Assembly (NCBI GenBank): GCA_039683575.1
Contig: JBDKRC010000154.1
Coordinates: 1-30,048, forward strand
Length of the DNA stretch: 30,048 nt
DNA from: Armatimonadia bacterium
GTDB lineage: Bacteria > Armatimonadota > Zipacnadia > Zipacnadales > UBA11051
Reading direction: 5' to 3'
Shown here piece by piece: positions 27,091 through 30,048 of the stretch; within the stretch, counting starts at the first letter, position 1; every line of letters begins with the position of its first letter. A program made the translations under genes and the position numbers. The notes under the pieces are model-generated. The model saw only the letters and a program-made list of their open reading frames with translations. It did no database searches and was not told the DNA's origin.

Positions 27091-27903
27091 ATGAGCAAAC
27101 GCGGCTTTACCAGAGTTGAGCTTCTGCTCGTAATCGGGATCATAGCGACCCTGGCCGCGATCCTGTTTCCGGTGTTCGCCAAGGCCCGCGAACGCGCCCG
27201 CAGCGTCTCCTGTCAGGCCAACCTCTTCAATATCGGCATGGCCTTGCGGATGTACTCCCAGGACCATGAGGGCCGGTATCCGCCGCAGCACAACGTGCTC
27301 GACCCGCTCTACCCGAACTACCTGCCGCTTGGTCAGAGCCTCGTCTGCCCCAGCGGCTACTCACAGGCCGGAGGGCACCTGCCGCCCCAGGCCCCCGGCC
27401 CTGCTCCTGCGCCGTCCACAGGTGGCGGGGTCTCGCCCTCTCAGCCCGGCTCAGGCTTTGGCTGAGGGTCCGCGCCGTCGGGCGGCTCGGGTCAGCCGCC
27501 TCCGCCCCCTCCACCTGCGCCTGTACCTGCGGGTGGCCTCCCGGCCGGTCCAGGTGGACCTCCGGGAGGGCCAGGTGGACCACCAGGAATGCCCGGCGGG
27601 CCTCCCGTTGGTCCCGGCGGCCCCCCAGGCACGCCGTCGGCACCGCCTGTCGCCGAGAAGCCGCTGCCGCCCGTGCTGCCGTCGTCATACTACTATCAGG
27701 CCGGCTTGCGCCATGACCCGTCCCGCTTACTGCCGCTTGTCGCCGATGACAATCCGCGCCACAACGCCCGCGCGAACGTCCTCTTCACCGACGGCAGCCT
27801 GCGCAGGGTGCCGTGTACCGAGTGGTATGTGCTCTGGAAGCCGATCTACCGCCCCACCCAGGGCGCGCCGGCCAGTGGGCCGAAGGGGGGTGGCGAGGAT
27901 TGA
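27091..27903 (+). pseudogene. DUF1559/H-X9-DG prepilin-like gene interrupted by one in-frame TGA (27463-27465)
   Basis: The ORFs ending at 27465 and starting at 27589 share a frame with no other stop between them. The N-part has G|FTRVEL...FPVFAKARERAR and the C-part has HNARANVLFTDG. Alternative start 27079. Confidence 0.75.
27547..27630 (+). repeat. Four degenerate 21-nt coding repeats
   Basis: Encodes GPGGPPG-GPGGPPG-MPGGPPV-GPGGPPG with varied synonymous codons. Confidence 0.8.
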
Positions 27904-27944
27904 GTGACCGGAGTTCACGAGGTATGGGGGCCATCGCGTGGGAC

Positions 27945-28472
27945 ATGATCCATAGCCACCGCGCCGGCTTCACCGCGCTTGAGCTCTTCTGCGCCCTGAG
28001 CATCATTGCCGTCGCTTCCCTGGGCGTCTTCACAATCGGCCGCGGCGCCGTCCACACCGCTCGCACAAGTTCATGCATGTCCAACGTGCGTCAGATCGCC
28101 ACCGCCTGCCTGATCTATGCCCAGGACAGCGACGGCCACCTGCCGCCCGCCGCTTTCGCCTGTCCGCTCATGGAGTACATGAAAAACAACCAGGTCTATG
28201 TCTGCCCCGAGGCGCAGCGAGTGCGCCAGCAGATCGCCAACCGTACCGGCGAGACGGTGCCATATCCGGCCAATGGAACCGACTATGTGCTGAACTGGCG
28301 CCTGCAGCTTGACGACTTCCCGCAGCACATACTCCTTGCCGACAACACCCCGCGCCGCCATCAGGGCAAGTACTGGAATGGCGTCCGGCTCGACGGCACG
28401 GGTATTACCTGGCCTGCGGAGGCCTGGAACGACAAGATGAAATGGGTGACAGACCATGCGCCGACGCGCTGA
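27945..28472 (+). CDS. DUF1559-like prepilin-type protein
   Basis: AG|FTALELF, CMSNVRQIATACLIYAQD, YMKNNQVYVCP, HQGKYWNGVRLDG (H-X10-DG). Start could be 27924 or 27900. Confidence 0.8.
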   Translation: MIHSHRAGFTALELFCALSIIAVASLGVFTIGRGAVHTARTSSCMSNVRQIATACLIYAQDSDGHLPPAAFACPLMEYMKNNQVYVCPEAQRVRQQIANRTGETVPYPANGTDYVLNWRLQLDDFPQHILLADNTPRRHQGKYWNGVRLDGTGITWPAEAWNDKMKWVTDHAPTR

Positions 28473-28878
28473 CGGGTTCACCTTGATCGAACTCCTGGTA
28501 GTGATCGCCATCATCGCGATCCTCTCGGCGGCGCTCATGCCGGCCCTGTCCTCGGCCACTGACCGCACCCGCGTGGGCGAATGCAAGGCTCGTCTGACGC
28601 ACCTTAGCGTCGCTCTGCGCATGTACCACGAAGACTGGGGGGCGTACCCGCCAGCGGTCGCTGCCCTGCACACCGGGGGATATGTCGCCAACGACCAACT
28701 GCTGCAATGCACGAAGACGGGGACGTGGTTCTACTATGCGCGTCCAGTCGCCGGGGCGCCGCCGAACACGCTTATCTGCGCCTGCGCCGACCCGGCCACG
28801 GCGGCAGGCTCGCGGCCGCACGGCTACCGGACGAGTGTGGTGGTGTTGGAGAAGAGTGGGAAAGTGGGGGAGAGGTGA
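28456..28878 (+). CDS. Prepilin-type protein (short, GspG/DUF1559-like)
   Basis: DG|FTLIELLVVIAIIAIL, ALRMYHEDWGAYP, degenerate C-terminal H...SG. Confidence 0.85.
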   Translation: MRRRADGFTLIELLVVIAIIAILSAALMPALSSATDRTRVGECKARLTHLSVALRMYHEDWGAYPPAVAALHTGGYVANDQLLQCTKTGTWFYYARPVAGAPPNTLICACADPATAAGSRPHGYRTSVVVLEKSGKVGER

Positions 28879-29444
28879 GGGGCTCGCCACGCAGACGCTG
28901 GCTGTCCTGCGTGGGCTGTGGCTGCCTTCCGGTGGCGCTCTTTGTGGTCGTGATGTGGCCAGCGGGGTTCCTCAGCGACAGTGGTGGCTCGTGCCTGAAT
29001 GACATGAAGCAACTCGTACTTGCTACGCTGGAGTACTCCGAGAAACACCACAACGTCCTGCCCTCGGCGACAGCGCTGGAAGAATCCGTCTCTCCCTACA
29101 TCGATACAGAGCATCACAACCCCCTCGTTTGTGCCGAGCCCGGAGATGCCGGCGCTGTGAGGCATGTGATGGCTCCACGTCGGAGCGGGATGAAGCTCGA
29201 TGACATTCCGGACCCCGCCTCTGCCATCCTGCTCTATGACGCCGTGGATGGCCGGCCCGCCTACCGCCGCCGCACCGACTACACGAGCCTTTACGAAAGG
29301 CTCGGTTTTGCGCTACAGCGCCCTCGCATCGGCATTGCCTACGTGGACGGTCACTGCCGCTGGGCCAGCGACCGCCTCACGCCCCAGATGATAGCTGAGG
29401 GACGCGACCCGTTTTTGGCCGGGAGGGCACCACAGCAGCCGTAA
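28875..29444 (+). CDS. DUF1559-like membrane-anchored protein lacking a prepilin cleavage motif
   Basis: GTGA overlap start. One hydrophobic helix, CLNDMKQLVLATLEY, ILLYD, IAYVDGH. Confidence 0.7.
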   Translation: MRGSPRRRWLSCVGCGCLPVALFVVVMWPAGFLSDSGGSCLNDMKQLVLATLEYSEKHHNVLPSATALEESVSPYIDTEHHNPLVCAEPGDAGAVRHVMAPRRSGMKLDDIPDPASAILLYDAVDGRPAYRRRTDYTSLYERLGFALQRPRIGIAYVDGHCRWASDRLTPQMIAEGRDPFLAGRAPQQP

Positions 29445-29471
29445 GCGGCACAACCTCAGCCCGCACACGCT

Positions 29472-29524
29472 AAAAAAGGGCCTTCCTCGCGTGAGATCGC
29501 TAGCGATCTCGAGGACGGCCCTTT
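29472..29524 (-). terminator. rpsT intrinsic terminator (long stem, probably bidirectional)
   Basis: AAAGGGCCTTCCTCG pairs with CGAGGACGGCCCTTT, with T6 on the minus strand. Encloses the perfect palindrome GAGATCGCTAGCGATCTC (29493-29510). Confidence 0.8.
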
Positions 29525-29549
29525 CAGCTTCTAAAGACTGCTGGTCTGC

Positions 29550-29816
29550 CTAGCTCTGTGCCTGGGCTGCCTTGGCGGCCAACGCGGCCTTGCGGCGGGC
29601 GGCGGTGTTCGGGTGGATGATCCCGCGCTTGGCGGCCTTGTCGATCATCTTCTGCGCGTGGCTCAGGCTTGCCGCGGTCTGCTCGGCCGATACGGTGCCG
29701 AGGTTGTCGAGCAGCGCGCGTCGCGACTGCTTGACTCTGACCTTCCAGGCGACGTTGCGTTCGTGCCGCTTGACGGACTGACGCAGGGACTTCTTCATTG
29801 CACGAGTTTGTGGCAT
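29550..29816 (-). CDS. rpsT: 30S ribosomal protein S20
   Basis: MPQTRAMKKSLRQSVKRHERN...IDKAAKRGIIHPNTAARRKA. GGAGG RBS. Confidence 0.96.
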   Translation of the reverse strand: MPQTRAMKKSLRQSVKRHERNVAWKVRVKQSRRALLDNLGTVSAEQTAASLSHAQKMIDKAAKRGIIHPNTAARRKAALAAKAAQAQS

Positions 29817-29876
29817 ATTCCAGCTTCCTCCGACCATTAACGCCGCCAGAGCGGCTCTTGCATTCAACGGGAAGTG

Positions 29877-29906
29877 AGTATAACATAATCCCGCCGCAAA
29901 ACGCAA
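29877..29906 (-). promoter_or_regulatory. Putative sigma70 promoter of rpsT
   Basis: Minus strand TTGCGT-18 nt-TATACT, with a TGn extension before the -10. Confidence 0.6.
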
Positions 29907-29974
29907 TACGTTGGCCAATGAGGGCTCTTCCTCAATTAGTGTGGGTGACATGATCTCATCATGGTAGAAAGGAG

Positions 29975-30042
29975 AAACATCCGCCGATCCCCTATCTTGG
30001 TGTGTCCAGCATCAAGGGAGGGATCAGCGGATGCCCCTACAG
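29975..30042 (-). repeat. GTAG-headed long imperfect hairpin (REP-like)
   Basis: Minus strand CTGTAG-GGGCATCCGCTGATCCC...GGGATCGGCGGATGTTT. Confidence 0.55.
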
Positions 30043-30048
30043 AGTATC

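Noticed and set aside
27463-27500. Selenocysteine insertion at the in-frame TGA (SECIS-like hairpin)
   Set aside because: The hairpin fits only loosely. The position is a low-complexity linker with no Cys counterpart in the paralog and no redox motif.

Overview
GC-rich bacterial chromosome segment, probably Armatimonadota (inferred from the 'AILFPVFAKAREKAR' prepilin-like proteins and the hydrolase repertoire). It starts with porA/porB (pyruvate:ferredoxin oxidoreductase). A long minus-strand run follows: a secreted beta-rich protein, an orphan GAF-PAS histidine kinase, a YetA/PcRGLX-like lyase, malic enzyme, a degenerate cyclase, a PIG-L deacetylase, an HTH-MNT/HEPN toxin-antitoxin pair, a beta-helix-like protein, a ceramidase-like hydrolase, DUF4838, UDP-GlcA decarboxylase, a tandem amidohydrolase and an M28/glutaminyl cyclase-like lipoprotein. 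Then come a plus-strand amidohydrolase, a compact type IV filament operon (PilC/GspF, PilB/GspE, three minor-pilin-like genes, five DUF1559/H-X9-DG-like genes) and rpsT. The most notable observations are: the filament operon; a single in-frame TGA splitting one of its pilin genes inside a Pro/Gly linker; a double-palindrome operator with a leaderless promoter on the TA pair; and eight diverse GTAG/GTGG REP-like intergenic elements. All product calls come from motif recognition by eye; no database search was run.
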